Shown here: positions 42,310 through 53,578 of the stretch, piece after piece
How positions within the stretch are numbered: position 1 is the stretch's first letter
Layout of the letters: each line of letters opens with the position of its first letter
Assembly (NCBI GenBank): GCA_963824065.1
Contig: CAWGNX010000001.1
Coordinates: 30,631-94,630 of the forward strand
DNA from: an uncultured Chloroflexia bacterium
GTDB lineage: Bacteria; Chloroflexota; Anaerolineae; Anaerolineales; DRKV01
Length of the DNA stretch: 64,000 nucleotides
Direction of reading: 5' to 3'
The notes under the pieces: generated by a model
What the model was told of the DNA's origin: nothing
Database searches by the model: none
What the model saw: the letters and a program-made list of their open reading frames with translations, nothing else
Translations under genes and position numbers: made by a program

Positions 42310-42993
42310 ATGCGGATATTGTTGATTGAAGATGACCGGCGGTTATCAAAATTAATTCGCCAGGTACTGGAAGACGAGAATTTTGCCGTTGATGTCGCCT
42401 ATGATGGCGATACTGGCGTCGAAATCGCCCTGCGAGGTTCGCATGACGTCGCCGTTGTCGACTGGATGCTGCCCGGGCGGGATGGACCTGCTGTGTGCCA
42501 GGCAATCCGTTCGGCACGCCTTTCAACAGCAATCTTGATGCTCACCGCCCGCTCTCAGGTGGAAGACCGCGTGGCAGGACTTTATGCGGGGGCAGATGAT
42601 TACCTGGTAAAGCCTTTTTCGTTCGACGAACTGATTGCCCGCATCCATGCCCTGGGACGCCGCCTGCAACCAAACGCCGCGGATGCACAGGAACTGCGAG
42701 TTGGAAATCTGGTAATGGATATGCGGACCCACTCCGTCCGGCGGGCCGGGGCTGTGCTAGATCTGACCAGACGGGAATGGACGCTGCTTGAATGCCTGCT
42801 GCGCCATCCAGGGCAGACACTTTCACGGGAATACTTGTTAGATTACGTGTGGTCCTATGAAGGCGAAGTGCAACCGACGATGGTGGATGTTTACATCTCT
42901 TATTTACGCGGTAAACTCCGCCAGCCAGGCTTGAAGGACCCGATTAAAACAAAACGCGGTTTTGGTTACGCCCTGGATCCCGAACATGCTTAA
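42310..42993 (+). CDS. OmpR-family response regulator
   Basis: EDD, DWMLPG and GADDYLVKPF motifs; winged helix with RGFGY. Confidence 0.95.
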   Translation: MRILLIEDDRRLSKLIRQVLEDENFAVDVAYDGDTGVEIALRGSHDVAVVDWMLPGRDGPAVCQAIRSARLSTAILMLTARSQVEDRVAGLYAGADDYLVKPFSFDELIARIHALGRRLQPNAADAQELRVGNLVMDMRTHSVRRAGAVLDLTRREWTLLECLLRHPGQTLSREYLLDYVWSYEGEVQPTMVDVYISYLRGKLRQPGLKDPIKTKRGFGYALDPEHA

Positions 42994-44392
42994 TCGCTTA
43001 CGCTGGCAATTGACAGCTTTATATATCCTCGGCGCGCTGGGAATGATCGTCTTAATTGGAGCTGGCTCCTACGCCCTGCTCCAATATTACTTCCAGCGCA
43101 CCACCGATCTGGCCCTGGAATACAAGATGGCAGCCGAGTTCCGTTCCTATGGTCTTCCCCTGCCATATGAATTGGCCGCGTCCGAACAGGCCTGGCTAGA
43201 CAGCAGACGCCCAGCACCGGTAGTCACCCAGGCCAGCCTCCCAACAATACAAGTCGTCTCTGGGGGGGATAACGAAGAAGAGGAAGAACAAGAGGGATCT
43301 ACCGCCTCTCTTCCGAGAAATGAATCCCGTGAGCATGATGAAGCCTATGACGGCAGTCTATCCGCGATTTTCGTCCTGCCGAATGATGCTGCTCAAAGCG
43401 CGGCTCAAAACCTGCCGGCGGCCCCGATCCTGCAGGATGCAGCCGCAGCCCAGCAGGCGCTGCGAAATGGTTCGGATTTGCGCACCGTACTGCTCAATGA
43501 TGGCAGCCGGGTTCGCCTGCTTTCGTACCGGACTTCGCTGGTGGGCGCCCCACCTGTGCTGCAAGTCGGCCGGCTGCTCACCGACCAGGACCGGGTGTTG
43601 AGTGGTTTTTATACCGGGCTGTTGATCCTGGGAGGTGTGGCAGTAGTCTTGCTGGGTTTTGGCAGCTGGTGGCTTTCAGGACGCACGCTCAATCCTGCCC
43701 AGCAGGCCTGGGAGCAGCAGCAAATTTTTATTTCAAACGCCAGTCACGAGCTGCGCACCCCTCTTACCCTGATCCGGGCCTCAACCGAATATGCGCTGCG
43801 CTCGCCCGACACTCAAAAACAAAACGAGCTGCTGCAAAACGTACTGCAGGACTGTGACTACATGAACCGCCTGGTGGATGATTTGCTGCTGCTCTCGCGC
43901 CTGGATACACACCGGCTCCAACTCGAAAAAGCCCCGATCCCGCTCGCTGACCTGCTGGTTGACCTTTCAGAACAGTTCGGCAGGTTGGCCGAAACAAAGG
44001 GCGTCTCGCTTTCCATTCCTCAGCCATCGGGCATTGTATGGGGTGACCCGACCCGCCTGCGCCAGGTGATCCTGATTTTGCTCGACAACGCCCTGCGGCA
44101 TACCCCCCAGGGCGGCAGCATTACGGTCAGTACCCAACCTCAGGCCAAATTCGTGGAAATTGTGGTGACGGACAGCGGTCGTGGCATCCCAGCGGAACAC
44201 ATTCCCCACATTTTCGAGCGTTTTTACCAGGTCGCCCAGCCCGGTGAAAATGAAAGCCGCAGCAACGGTCTGGGACTTTCGATCGCTAAAGGCCTGATCG
44301 ATGCCCAGGGGGGCAGCATTAGTCTAGAAAGCCAGGTCGGCGTGGGAACCTGGGTAACCATCCGCATGCCAGCAGCCGCCAGATCAGCCTGA
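42986..44392 (+). CDS. Sensor histidine kinase
   Basis: Two TM helices; SHELRTPL, LDNALRH, DSGRG and GLGLSI motifs. Confidence 0.95.
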   Translation: MLNRLRWQLTALYILGALGMIVLIGAGSYALLQYYFQRTTDLALEYKMAAEFRSYGLPLPYELAASEQAWLDSRRPAPVVTQASLPTIQVVSGGDNEEEEEQEGSTASLPRNESREHDEAYDGSLSAIFVLPNDAAQSAAQNLPAAPILQDAAAAQQALRNGSDLRTVLLNDGSRVRLLSYRTSLVGAPPVLQVGRLLTDQDRVLSGFYTGLLILGGVAVVLLGFGSWWLSGRTLNPAQQAWEQQQIFISNASHELRTPLTLIRASTEYALRSPDTQKQNELLQNVLQDCDYMNRLVDDLLLLSRLDTHRLQLEKAPIPLADLLVDLSEQFGRLAETKGVSLSIPQPSGIVWGDPTRLRQVILILLDNALRHTPQGGSITVSTQPQAKFVEIVVTDSGRGIPAEHIPHIFERFYQVAQPGENESRSNGLGLSIAKGLIDAQGGSISLESQVGVGTWVTIRMPAAARSA

Positions 44393-44560
44393 GTTTTTGT
44401 CCTAACAGCATCTCGGTGGAAGCCGGGCTGCTGCGCAGACAATCTGCGTTGGTAGACCCAGCTTCCACCGTTCGATCTAGATTGACGGGGTGAGACGTAC
44501 TCCAGGGGTCGCAGCGATCCTTACCCGTCACTATGGAACGCTGCAAAACACCTCCGCTGA

Positions 44561-47368
44561 TTAACTGCTGGCAGTTACCGGTGCGGTTTTCGTTTCGACT
44601 TCAGACTGGCTCCTGCTCCGGCGCATAAAGAACTTGATCACTTCATCGACCAGCAGCAGTGCGATCGCGAAACCGATGCTGATCAGCCATTGGTCTGTGG
44701 TGATCTGGGTCAAGCCCAGGAAGCCGAACCGGACCGGGATGATAATCATCAACAGGGACAAACCATACAGACCAAGCTGGTGGCGATTCTTGAGAATATC
44801 GCGGTTGAATGCGCTGGCAGTCTCGCTGCGTGCGCTGAGAGCGAGTATAACAACCATTAATGAGAAGACAACAAATCCCACCGTTGCCGCAACTGCAGTA
44901 CCTGAGGCCTCGTAGGTCGCCTCCAGATAGACCGTCGCGATCGACATGAGCACCCCGATGAAGACAATGCGCACCCATTGTACAGTGGAAAGGATGGGCT
45001 GCTTCAGTGGACGGGGCTTGTGCTCCATCAGATCGGGAGCTGGATCGTCAAACCCCAGTGCTAACGCAACCGGGATCTGCACGAGGAAGTTCACCCACAG
45101 GACCACGAATGGTGAAAACGGAGCTCCCCCGAGAACGAGAAAGAAGGCGGCCAGCAGGTAGGAGACGATGAAGGCGATCAGCGATTCCATCTGGAAACGA
45201 ACGAAGTTGAACAGATTGTTGTAGATGGCTCGCCCGAACTCCACCGCCTTGACGATGGTTGCGAAGTTATCGTCGGTCAGGATCATCACCGCTGCACCCT
45301 TGGAGACCTCGGTGCCGGTAATGCCCATGGCTACACCGATATCGGCTTTTTTCAGGGCAGGCGCGTCGTTTACGCCGTCGCCAGTCATAGCGACGATGTT
45401 CTCCTTCTGTTGGAGCAAGGTTACCAGGCGGATCTTATCCTCAGGCGAGACACGGGCGACCACCCCGATCTCATCCAACTGCTGCTTCAACTGATCGTCG
45501 GGGATGGCAGCAAACTCTGCGCCGGTCAAGGCCCTGCCCTCGATACCAAGCTTGTGGCCGATGGCCGCGGCTGTCACCGCATGGTCCCCGGTTATCATGC
45601 GCACCTGGATGCCAGCGCTGTGACACTTTGCGATTGCATCTTTCGCCTCAGAGCGCGGGGGATCGACAATCCCGACCATTGTCATGATGCTCAGATCCTG
45701 CACCAGGTCGATCAACTTGGCCTTGGGATCAAAGGTAGCTGGATCGAAGTCACGATAAGCCACGACCATGACCCGCTCTCCTGCCTCCGCGATACGGTCG
45801 TTCTCAACCAACGCCAGCTTACGGTTCTCGTCGGTCATGGGCACCGACTCTCCTTCGGGCACCCAGTAGAAACCTCCGCGAGCAATCAGCACGTCCGGCG
45901 CACCCTTGACAAAAGCACGCACCACTGGCTTACCCTGTGCGTCGGTCATGTTATGGAAAGTCGCCATGAACTTGTAATCCGAGTCGAAGGGCAGTTCCGC
46001 CACGCGTGGGTACATCTCGCGGGCGTCGTCCACACTGATGCCGCCCTTCTCAGCCAGCACAATCAGCGCGCCCTCAGTGGGGTCGCCGATCAGGGCACCG
46101 TCGTCGAGACGGGCGTCGGCGCACAGCGCCATGGCCAGCATGGGCAGCTTGAGATCGATATCTGCTCCGCCAGCACTCTTGATTGACCCCTCCGTGCTGT
46201 AAGGCTTTGTACCCTTTTGCCAGGGCTGGCCAGCAGCCAGGCCGCGGGTCAGTTGCAGCTCGCCCGTGGTGCCGTAGCCCTCGCCGCTCACCCGGTAGCG
46301 ATTTTGGCCAGGGATTGAGAACTCTACCGCCGTCATCTTGTTGAGAGTCAAGGTGCCGGTCTTATCCGAACAAATGGCAGAGACTGAGCCCAGCGTTTCC
46401 ACCGACGGCAGGCGCTTGACGATCGCGCCCTGGGCAGCCAGTGCTCGTGTGCCCATCGAGTACATGGTGGTGACCACTGCCGGTAAACCAGTGGGAATGG
46501 CCGAGATCGCCAGCGCTATGCCAGCAACGAAGACCGCGTCCATGGACTGGCCGTTACGGATTCCCATAATCAGCATAAGAATGAACGCCAGACCGGCCAA
46601 TGACGCAATAATCATGGTCAGCCGGTCGAGCTGCTTCTGCAGCGGCGTCTTGTCTGTCTCGGTCTTGTTGAGCAGATCGGCGATGTTGCCCATCTCGGTG
46701 CCCATACCGATGGTCGTGACGATCATCTCCGCGCGCCCACGCGTGACGGAGGTGTTCATGTAAGCCATGTTATGGCGGTCGCCCAGGGGAACCTCGTCCT
46801 TGGTGATGGTGTCGGTGTCTTTGGGAGAAGCCACACTCTCGCCGGTCAGGGCGGCCTCCTCGATCTCGAGGGTGGCGGTGACAAACAGGCGCCCATCCGC
46901 CGGGACGCGGTTGCCGGCTTCCATCAGCACGATGTCACCCGGTACGAGCTCCTCGGCATCCACCTCAACAGCCTGGCCATCCCGCCGCACGCGGGCGATG
47001 CTCTTCATCGAACTTGCCAGGGCTGCCAGACTGGCCTCAGCTTTGGCCTCCCCGCGCATACCCAGGATCGCGTTGAAGATTGTCAGGCCAACCAACACCA
47101 GCGTGGTGCCCCATTCACCGGTGAAGATCTGGTTGATGATCGCTGCACCGAGCAGGACGAACTGCATGAGGTCCTGGTACTGTTCGAGAAATGACTGCAA
47201 TCCCGACTTTTTCTTTTTCTCTTCCAATCGATTCGGGCCATATTTCTGCAGCCGTTGTTTGGCTTCGCCCGCACTCAGACCCTTCGCCAGGTCAACCTGC
47301 AGTTGACTGGCAGCGTCCTTCGCGGACATGCCGTACCATTTGGGTTGATTTTCAGACTTGTCTGTCAT
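44561..47368 (-). CDS. Type II cation-transporting P-type ATPase
   Basis: TGES, DKTGT, KGAP, MITGD and GDGVNDAP motifs; M4 reads IPTGL instead of PEGL. Confidence 0.95.
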   Translation of the reverse strand: MTDKSENQPKWYGMSAKDAASQLQVDLAKGLSAGEAKQRLQKYGPNRLEEKKKKSGLQSFLEQYQDLMQFVLLGAAIINQIFTGEWGTTLVLVGLTIFNAILGMRGEAKAEASLAALASSMKSIARVRRDGQAVEVDAEELVPGDIVLMEAGNRVPADGRLFVTATLEIEEAALTGESVASPKDTDTITKDEVPLGDRHNMAYMNTSVTRGRAEMIVTTIGMGTEMGNIADLLNKTETDKTPLQKQLDRLTMIIASLAGLAFILMLIMGIRNGQSMDAVFVAGIALAISAIPTGLPAVVTTMYSMGTRALAAQGAIVKRLPSVETLGSVSAICSDKTGTLTLNKMTAVEFSIPGQNRYRVSGEGYGTTGELQLTRGLAAGQPWQKGTKPYSTEGSIKSAGGADIDLKLPMLAMALCADARLDDGALIGDPTEGALIVLAEKGGISVDDAREMYPRVAELPFDSDYKFMATFHNMTDAQGKPVVRAFVKGAPDVLIARGGFYWVPEGESVPMTDENRKLALVENDRIAEAGERVMVVAYRDFDPATFDPKAKLIDLVQDLSIMTMVGIVDPPRSEAKDAIAKCHSAGIQVRMITGDHAVTAAAIGHKLGIEGRALTGAEFAAIPDDQLKQQLDEIGVVARVSPEDKIRLVTLLQQKENIVAMTGDGVNDAPALKKADIGVAMGITGTEVSKGAAVMILTDDNFATIVKAVEFGRAIYNNLFNFVRFQMESLIAFIVSYLLAAFFLVLGGAPFSPFVVLWVNFLVQIPVALALGFDDPAPDLMEHKPRPLKQPILSTVQWVRIVFIGVLMSIATVYLEATYEASGTAVAATVGFVVFSLMVVILALSARSETASAFNRDILKNRHQLGLYGLSLLMIIIPVRFGFLGLTQITTDQWLISIGFAIALLLVDEVIKFFMRRSRSQSEVETKTAPVTASS

Positions 47369-47385
47369 GGTGTTTTACCTGCCTT

Positions 47386-48270
47386 CTAGTATTTTTCGGG
47401 GACATAGTGATAGGGATAGTCAGGTTCCACATAATTCCCCTTTGCCTGAGGTTTGGGAAATTTAATCGGCTCGCGGGGGACTTCCTCGTAGGGAATCAGG
47501 TTCAAGAAATGCGTGATGCAGTTCAAGCGCGCCCGGCGCTGGTCATTGGAGGGCACTACGTACCAGGGGGCTTCGGGGGTGTCAGTAGCCGCAAACATAG
47601 CGTCCCGCGCCCGCGAGTAGTCGTACCAGCGCGCCTGCGCCTGCACATCCATCGGGCTGAGCTTCCAGATCTTGCGGTAATCCTCATTTCGCTCCTGGAA
47701 GCGTTTGGCCTGCTCTTCCTTACTGACCTCCAGCCAATACTTGATCAGCATGATGCCGGAATCAATGATGGCTCTCTCGACTGCGGGTGTCATTATGAGG
47801 AATCTTTCCACCTGTTGCGGGGTGGCAAAACCCATTACCCGCTCCACGCCAGCCCGGTTGTACCAACTGCGGTCGAATAGAATCACTTCGCCGGCAGCCG
47901 GGAGATGGGGCATGTAGCGCTGGAAGTACATCTGCGATTTTTCGCGCTCTGTAGGCGTCCCTAAAGCCACCACATGGAAAACGCGCGGGCTGACGCGCTC
48001 GGTAATGCGCTTAATCACGCCCCCTTTTCCGGCGGTATCGCGCCCCTCAAAAATCACGCAGATTTTTGCGCCAGTCGCTTTGACCCACTCCTGCAGCTTG
48101 ACCAGCTCCACCTGCAGATGTTCCATCTCTTTCTCGAATTCTTTGCGGCTCATCGGTGGCGGCGGGCCAGAAGGAGCTTCCTCCCCACCTGGGAGTGCAG
48201 CCTGCGCCACGTACTGTTCCTGCTCTTTCCTGCTCTTCTTGCCTTTTTTCTTCTTTTTGTCCTTTGCCAT
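47386..48270 (-). CDS. ppk2: Polyphosphate kinase 2 (single domain)
   Basis: FEGRDTAGKGG, FDRSWYNR and WKLSPMD motifs. Confidence 0.95.
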   Translation of the reverse strand: MAKDKKKKKGKKSRKEQEQYVAQAALPGGEEAPSGPPPPMSRKEFEKEMEHLQVELVKLQEWVKATGAKICVIFEGRDTAGKGGVIKRITERVSPRVFHVVALGTPTEREKSQMYFQRYMPHLPAAGEVILFDRSWYNRAGVERVMGFATPQQVERFLIMTPAVERAIIDSGIMLIKYWLEVSKEEQAKRFQERNEDYRKIWKLSPMDVQAQARWYDYSRARDAMFAATDTPEAPWYVVPSNDQRRARLNCITHFLNLIPYEEVPREPIKFPKPQAKGNYVEPDYPYHYVPEKY

Positions 48271-48366
48271 TTCGTTCTCCTTTTCAACTAATTTTATATC
48301 CACTAATTTGTAGCCCATCCCCGGTTTTATGCATCCTTCTTCCTTAACCCGGCGGCAGTAGTCGCA

Positions 48367-49086
48367 TTACTGGGCAAGCGCTAAGATCGCCGCCGCCAGG
48401 AATCCCAAAACAGTGAAAAGGCCCACCAGTTTGCCGCCGTGCTCGAAAGCCTCCGGCATCATGGCATCCGCCAGCATAGTCAGCATGGCGCCCGCGGCGA
48501 AGGCCTGGACGACATGCCCATCTACACCAGGCAGCCAGCGAATGAGAAAGTAGCCCAAGCCGGCACACGCCGCGGAGAGGGCCACGAGCATGACCCACAT
48601 CCAGAAAATGCTGCGGCGTGCGTAGCCCGCTGCGGTGAGGTTAAGCGAGCCAGCAACCCCCTCAGGCAGGTTTGAGATGAACACCGCCGCCAGGAAAGCG
48701 ATGTTTACAGCACCACCGAATACCAGCCCCATGCCCAGAATGATCGACTCGGGCACATTATCGAGCAAGGTGCCAATAAAAATGGCAGCGCCCGAGCCGC
48801 CGGCCTGGTTGCCGGCGATATCCTTACGATCCCCGCCGCCCCGGCGGTCAATCAACCAGTCACCGCCAAAGAACGCGAATGCACCCAACGCGAAGGCGGG
48901 TGCCATGAACCTGCCAGTCAACACAGTTTCGGGGATTAGCTCATAAGCAATGGCGCTGATGAGTGCACCCGCGCCGATGCCCATGATAATCCCGGTTGTG
49001 CGCCTAGATGGGCTGCGCGTGGCAAGCAAATAGCCAACCAGGAGCGAAGACGCTGCAAAACCACCCCACCAGATCGCAGAGAGCAT
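48367..49086 (-). CDS. ZIP family metal transporter-like protein
   Basis: LLDNVPES, ISNLPEG and MMPEAF motifs. Confidence 0.85.
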   Translation of the reverse strand: MLSAIWWGGFAASSLLVGYLLATRSPSRRTTGIIMGIGAGALISAIAYELIPETVLTGRFMAPAFALGAFAFFGGDWLIDRRGGGDRKDIAGNQAGGSGAAIFIGTLLDNVPESIILGMGLVFGGAVNIAFLAAVFISNLPEGVAGSLNLTAAGYARRSIFWMWVMLVALSAACAGLGYFLIRWLPGVDGHVVQAFAAGAMLTMLADAMMPEAFEHGGKLVGLFTVLGFLAAAILALAQ

Positions 49087-49103
49087 ATCGAATCAGCAAG
49101 ACC

Positions 49104-49583
49104 TTACCGCTGCGAATTGACGATCAGCTCAGCAACCTGGGTCTGAACCGCTTCCAGGATACCGTAAATCCGATCCAGCGTAGCTTTTACCGCGGGACTA
49201 TCGGCTTGATTGGCGGCATTGTCCACCGTCTGGAGAGTCTGGTTAAACTGCTCGATGGATTGGTCCAGCCGGTCGATGGCGGCCTGACCGCGCGCTGCGG
49301 CAGCCTCTTGCAAGCGATTGCTGATTTCCTCGATATCCTGTTTGACCAGGTCAGCCTGCGCCTGCTGCGATGGGAGGTCTGCTGATAACTCAAGCGCTTT
49401 GTCAACTGCCGCAATCGCCATGGCTGCCACCGCATCAATGCGATCCTGGGATAACTCCACCCGCTGTTCGACTGCGCCACGGGCGATGCGGTACGCCTGG
49501 CGGTTCGACCCAGCATTGAACAACAGGGCCAGAATCAGCAAGCCAAACAAAATACCAAAAATCCACGGCCAAACTTTTTTCAT
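49104..49583 (-). CDS. Hypothetical membrane-anchored helical protein
   Basis: N-terminal TM helix, amphipathic helices, GGAGG RBS; in operon. Confidence 0.75.
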   Translation of the reverse strand: MKKVWPWIFGILFGLLILALLFNAGSNRQAYRIARGAVEQRVELSQDRIDAVAAMAIAAVDKALELSADLPSQQAQADLVKQDIEEISNRLQEAAAARGQAAIDRLDQSIEQFNQTLQTVDNAANQADSPAVKATLDRIYGILEAVQTQVAELIVNSQR

Positions 49584-49593
49584 GGTATGCCTC

Positions 49594-50871
49594 CTAAATC
49601 CCGTCGCGCAGGATTGGGCAGGTCATGCAGTGCCCACCGCCGCGGCCTTTGCCCAGCTCAAACCCGGCAATCGCGACCACTTCAATCCCGGCCTGGCGCA
49701 TCTTGGCAATGGTGAACGTATTGCGCTCGTAAGAAACGACTACCCCGGGCTCGAGGGCGACCGTGTTGTTGGCGTCATCCCACTGCTCGCGCTGCATCTG
49801 GTACTCGTCGCCGCCCGTCTCCACGACAGTCAGTTTCTTGATTTTAAGTGCATCAGCCACCGCACCCAAGAAGCTTTTTTCCTCGGTCACGTGGAAATCA
49901 CCCGGCTTTTTACCGGGCCGCAGGCTGATGGCGCGGATATTGTTGACGACCTTGGGAAAGGCAGTCGCGATATCCCGATCCAACAAAGTGAAGACGGTGT
50001 CGAGGTGCATGTGGGCGCGATCTCTGGTCATCACCGCGACGATCACCCGCTCCGCGCCGCCACTCTCGAAGAGCTTGCGGGCCACCATTTCGATCATGCG
50101 TCCCTGGGTGCGCTCGCTCATCCCAATCGCCACGGTCCCATTGCCGATCGGCTGCACATCGCCGCCTTCCATAGAGGCCCGGCCAAAGTCCTGGAAATTG
50201 AAACTGCCATCGTCGCCTTGCTCTGGGTACCAGAACTCGAAACCGGCATCCTGGAACATGGGATGGTAGCGATAGATGGTCAGCATGTTCAGGGCTTCCC
50301 GTCGGCGAGCTGGCCAGTACATCGGGTTGACCGTCACCCCGTTGTAAATCCAGCAAGATGGGTCGCGCTGGAAGAGCGAGTTCGGCACAGGCGGCAGGAC
50401 AAAGAAGCCCGGATCGTCCACCGCAGCTGCTCCGAGCGAGATCTGCCTGTACTTTGGCAGGTCGAAGCCCATGACCTCCATTTCGCCAATGGTCAACCCA
50501 CCCACCAGGTGTCTGGCGAGTACCTCCGGATTTACTTTCGACAAGAAATCGCGCACCTCATCCACCAACGACCAGCCCACGGTGTATTCCGAGGCCACCA
50601 GATTGATTACATTGCGGCGGGCTTCCTCAGAGGCTGCCAGCGCTTCGCCGAGCAAATCCAGGTGATAAAACACCTCAGTGCCCCGCTCGCGCATAGCTTT
50701 AACGAACTGGTCGTGTTCCCATTGGGCGCGCTCTACCCACAGGACATCGTCGAACAGCAAATCGTCGTGATTGCTGGGGGTTAGACGCTTGAGGCTGAGG
50801 TCCGGGCGATGCACGATCACTTTACGCAGCTTGCCTACTTCTGAATGTACGCCAAACGTTTCCATCGTCAC
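49594..50871 (-). CDS. arcA: Arginine deiminase
   Basis: LLFDDVL, FQRD, EGGD, HLDT and [11 protein letters not shown] motifs. Confidence 0.96.
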   Translation of the reverse strand: MTMETFGVHSEVGKLRKVIVHRPDLSLKRLTPSNHDDLLFDDVLWVERAQWEHDQFVKAMRERGTEVFYHLDLLGEALAASEEARRNVINLVASEYTVGWSLVDEVRDFLSKVNPEVLARHLVGGLTIGEMEVMGFDLPKYRQISLGAAAVDDPGFFVLPPVPNSLFQRDPSCWIYNGVTVNPMYWPARRREALNMLTIYRYHPMFQDAGFEFWYPEQGDDGSFNFQDFGRASMEGGDVQPIGNGTVAIGMSERTQGRMIEMVARKLFESGGAERVIVAVMTRDRAHMHLDTVFTLLDRDIATAFPKVVNNIRAISLRPGKKPGDFHVTEEKSFLGAVADALKIKKLTVVETGGDEYQMQREQWDDANNTVALEPGVVVSYERNTFTIAKMRQAGIEVVAIAGFELGKGRGGGHCMTCPILRDGI

Positions 50872-50907
50872 AAGTTCCTTTCAAATTTGAGTGATTACAG
50901 CCTGCTT

Positions 50908-51822
50908 TTACTCGGGCACCACGTTCGTGCCGGCCTCGCCGGCGACAATCTTTTGAATATCTGCAAGCGAGCCGATAGCAGCCCGTTTACCGGTTTTTTC
51001 CACAAATTGAACGGCCGCCGCGACCTTTGGACCCATCGAGCCAGCTGGGAAGGGATAACTGCTGAGCTCGGCAATGGTGACCCGTCCCAACACTCGCTGT
51101 TCGGGCTTTCCCCAATCCAGGTAGACCCCGTCCACATCGGTGGCAATGACGAACAGATCTGCCTCGAGCTCGCGCGCCAGCAGCTCGGAGGCCAGATCTT
51201 TATCGATCACCGCTTCCACGCCAGACAGCCAGCGCTGCTTGCCAGCCTCGTACAGGGTGGGGATGCCCCCGCCGCCCGCGCAGATGACCACGGTATTTTT
51301 CTCCAGCAGCCACTTGATTGGCCGGATCTCAAAAATCCGTTTGGGCAGCGGCGAAGGCACCACTCGCCGCCAGTACTTGCCGTCCGGCTTAATCGCCCAG
51401 CTTTTCTCCTCAGCCAGACGCTCGGCCTCGGCTTTTTCATATACTGGGCCAACAAACTTAGTCGGATTTTGAAACGCGGGATCGTTGGGATCGACTTCTA
51501 CCATGGTCAGGATGGTGGCAAAGGGCACCTCGAAGGGCAGCAAATTACCCAATTCCTGCTCGATCATGTAGCCGATCATGCCCTCGGTTTGTGCGCCCAG
51601 CACATCCAGCGGGTACGCCTCGACGTCTTTGTACGCTGAAGCCTGCAGCGCCAGCAAACCGACCTGCGGACCGTTGCCGTGCGCCAGTACAAGCTGGTGA
51701 TGCTGGGCAACCGGTGCCAGCGACTGTGCGGCAACCTGGATATTGGCACGCTGCACATCATGCGTCATAGGCTCACCGCGCTTGAGCAGTGCATTTCCAC
51801 CAAGAGCGACTACAATTCTCAT
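50908..51822 (-). CDS. arcC: Carbamate kinase
   Basis: [20 protein letters not shown] and GSMGPKV motifs. Confidence 0.96.
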   Translation of the reverse strand: MRIVVALGGNALLKRGEPMTHDVQRANIQVAAQSLAPVAQHHQLVLAHGNGPQVGLLALQASAYKDVEAYPLDVLGAQTEGMIGYMIEQELGNLLPFEVPFATILTMVEVDPNDPAFQNPTKFVGPVYEKAEAERLAEEKSWAIKPDGKYWRRVVPSPLPKRIFEIRPIKWLLEKNTVVICAGGGGIPTLYEAGKQRWLSGVEAVIDKDLASELLARELEADLFVIATDVDGVYLDWGKPEQRVLGRVTIAELSSYPFPAGSMGPKVAAAVQFVEKTGKRAAIGSLADIQKIVAGEAGTNVVPE

Positions 51823-51853
51823 GAGTTTCTCCTTTTCTATAAGTCAGCCGTCA

Positions 51854-53324
51854 CTACCGTAACATTTCTTTTGTGCCCCACACCTGCATCAGCTGGGCAT
51901 AAAACTTCACCATGTTTCCCATGGCTTCGACAGGAATGCGCTCGTCGATGCCGTGCTCCAAACCCATAAAACTCTCATCCATCACCACGGAGGTGAAGCG
52001 ATAAATGTGATCGCACACTGGTACGAAATGCTGGCAGTCCGTACCCCCCAGCATGGTGAACGGTGCGACTGGGAAATTGCCAAAGACCTGGCGGATCACG
52101 GTTCTTAATCCCAGATAGGGTGGTGCATTACGCGGAGAGACCGGCAGCGCCTCGTTGAACTTACCTTCGACGGGTTTAAACTTCACCCGTTCGTCTTTAA
52201 TCACTTTCTTGACGTGCCAAAGCACCTCAGCAATGGTATCGCCGGGCAGCATGCGGAAATTAACGAAAGCGCTGCGCTTCGGCGGGGATGGTGTTATCTT
52301 CTACGCCGCCCTGAACGATGGTGAGCGCAGTGGTGGTGCGCATGCTGGCATTCATCTCTGGTTTGGGCACCAGCCAGCGCTTCAGCAGCGGGCCAAACAG
52401 CCACACGTTAGCAAATGCGACCTGGATGTAGAGCGGGGCGGCGCGGCCAATGCCGTGGTAAAGCGGGCGCAGCCGGCGCAGATGGGTTGGCATGGGGTGA
52501 GCTTCCAGACGAGCCAGGGCGCGCGCCAGGATGCCGATCGCCGTCTGGGGGGGCGGGGTGGAGGAATGCCCCGGCTGGCTGTGAACGGTGAATTCCACCG
52601 TCAGGTAGCCCTTTTCACTGACACCCACCAGTGAAACTGGCCCGCGCACACCCGCCGCTAGCCCAGCCATGATCCCACCGCCTTCGTCGACGATTCCCGC
52701 CAGGTGTATACCGCGTTCCTTAAGCATCTGGCCCATGATCTTGCAGCCGTTCACCCCACCGGTTTCCTCGTCATGACCCAGACCAAACAGGATTGTGCGT
52801 TCCGGGCGAAAGCCTTGCTGCAGCAGCGCTTCCGCCGCGTCCATAATGCCAATCAGCTGGTTTTTGATATCCAGCGTGCCGCGCCCCCAGATGAAACCAT
52901 CGACAATCGTGCCTTCAAAGGGAGGGTAGGTCCACCCGTCTGGATCTGCCGATACTACGTCCTGGTGTGCCATCAGCATGACCGGCTCAAGCTCAGCACG
53001 ACTGCCAATCCAGGTGTAGAGCAGGCTGTAGCCGTTGACGACCTCCCGCTTTAAGTGTTTGTGCACCAGCGGGTAGGTCTCTTCCAGGAATTGGTGCAGC
53101 TGGCGGAAGGCCTCCGGGTCGGGGGTGCCGTGTTCATCCAGCGGGACCGTTTGGCAGCGCACTGCGGCAGTCAGGTGCCCGGCTACCTGCTGCGCGTCGA
53201 CCGGCACACCATCGATTTTCTCAACAGCTCCCTGCTTCCATTGGAAAATGACCGTGCGCACCACAACATAAAGTGTGGTGAGGATTAGGATTGCCAGGAT
53301 GATGTAGAGGATATTGGTTAGCAT
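51854..53324 (-). CDS. M20 family peptidase (carboxypeptidase S-like), frameshift near 52265
   Basis: AHQDVV, GRGTLDIK, HDEE and GHSS, then GGTD...HGIDERI in a second frame. Confidence 0.88.
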
Positions 53325-53347
53325 GACTTGCTCGATTTCACTTGAAA

Positions 53348-53578
53348 CTAGCTGGCTAGTTCAGTAACCGGGATCAATAAATCGGGGGAGATCACAAATA
53401 TATCCAGAAACAAGCCTACCGAACTCAAAAACAACGCAACCTGCAATGAGTCCAGGAATGCATCGATGCCGAACAAAAGGATTGACAGGGAGAGCATCAC
53501 GATCATGAAGACCAGCGGGATCAGCGCATCCAGCATGGACGGCTCACGGATCGCCTTTTCCGTCATTGTCATCCGCAT
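53348..53578 (-). pseudogene. Truncated N-terminus of an NhaC-like antiporter
   Basis: REPSMLDALIPLVFMIVMLSLSILLFG...QVALFLS resembles the NhaC start and then ends at 76 aa. Confidence 0.5.

Noticed and set aside
49318-50784. Long plus-strand ORFs (488 aa here; also 19194-20150, 9399-10184, 50845-51639)
   Set aside because: Antisense shadows of well-supported genes in GC-rich DNA, with no recognisable motifs.
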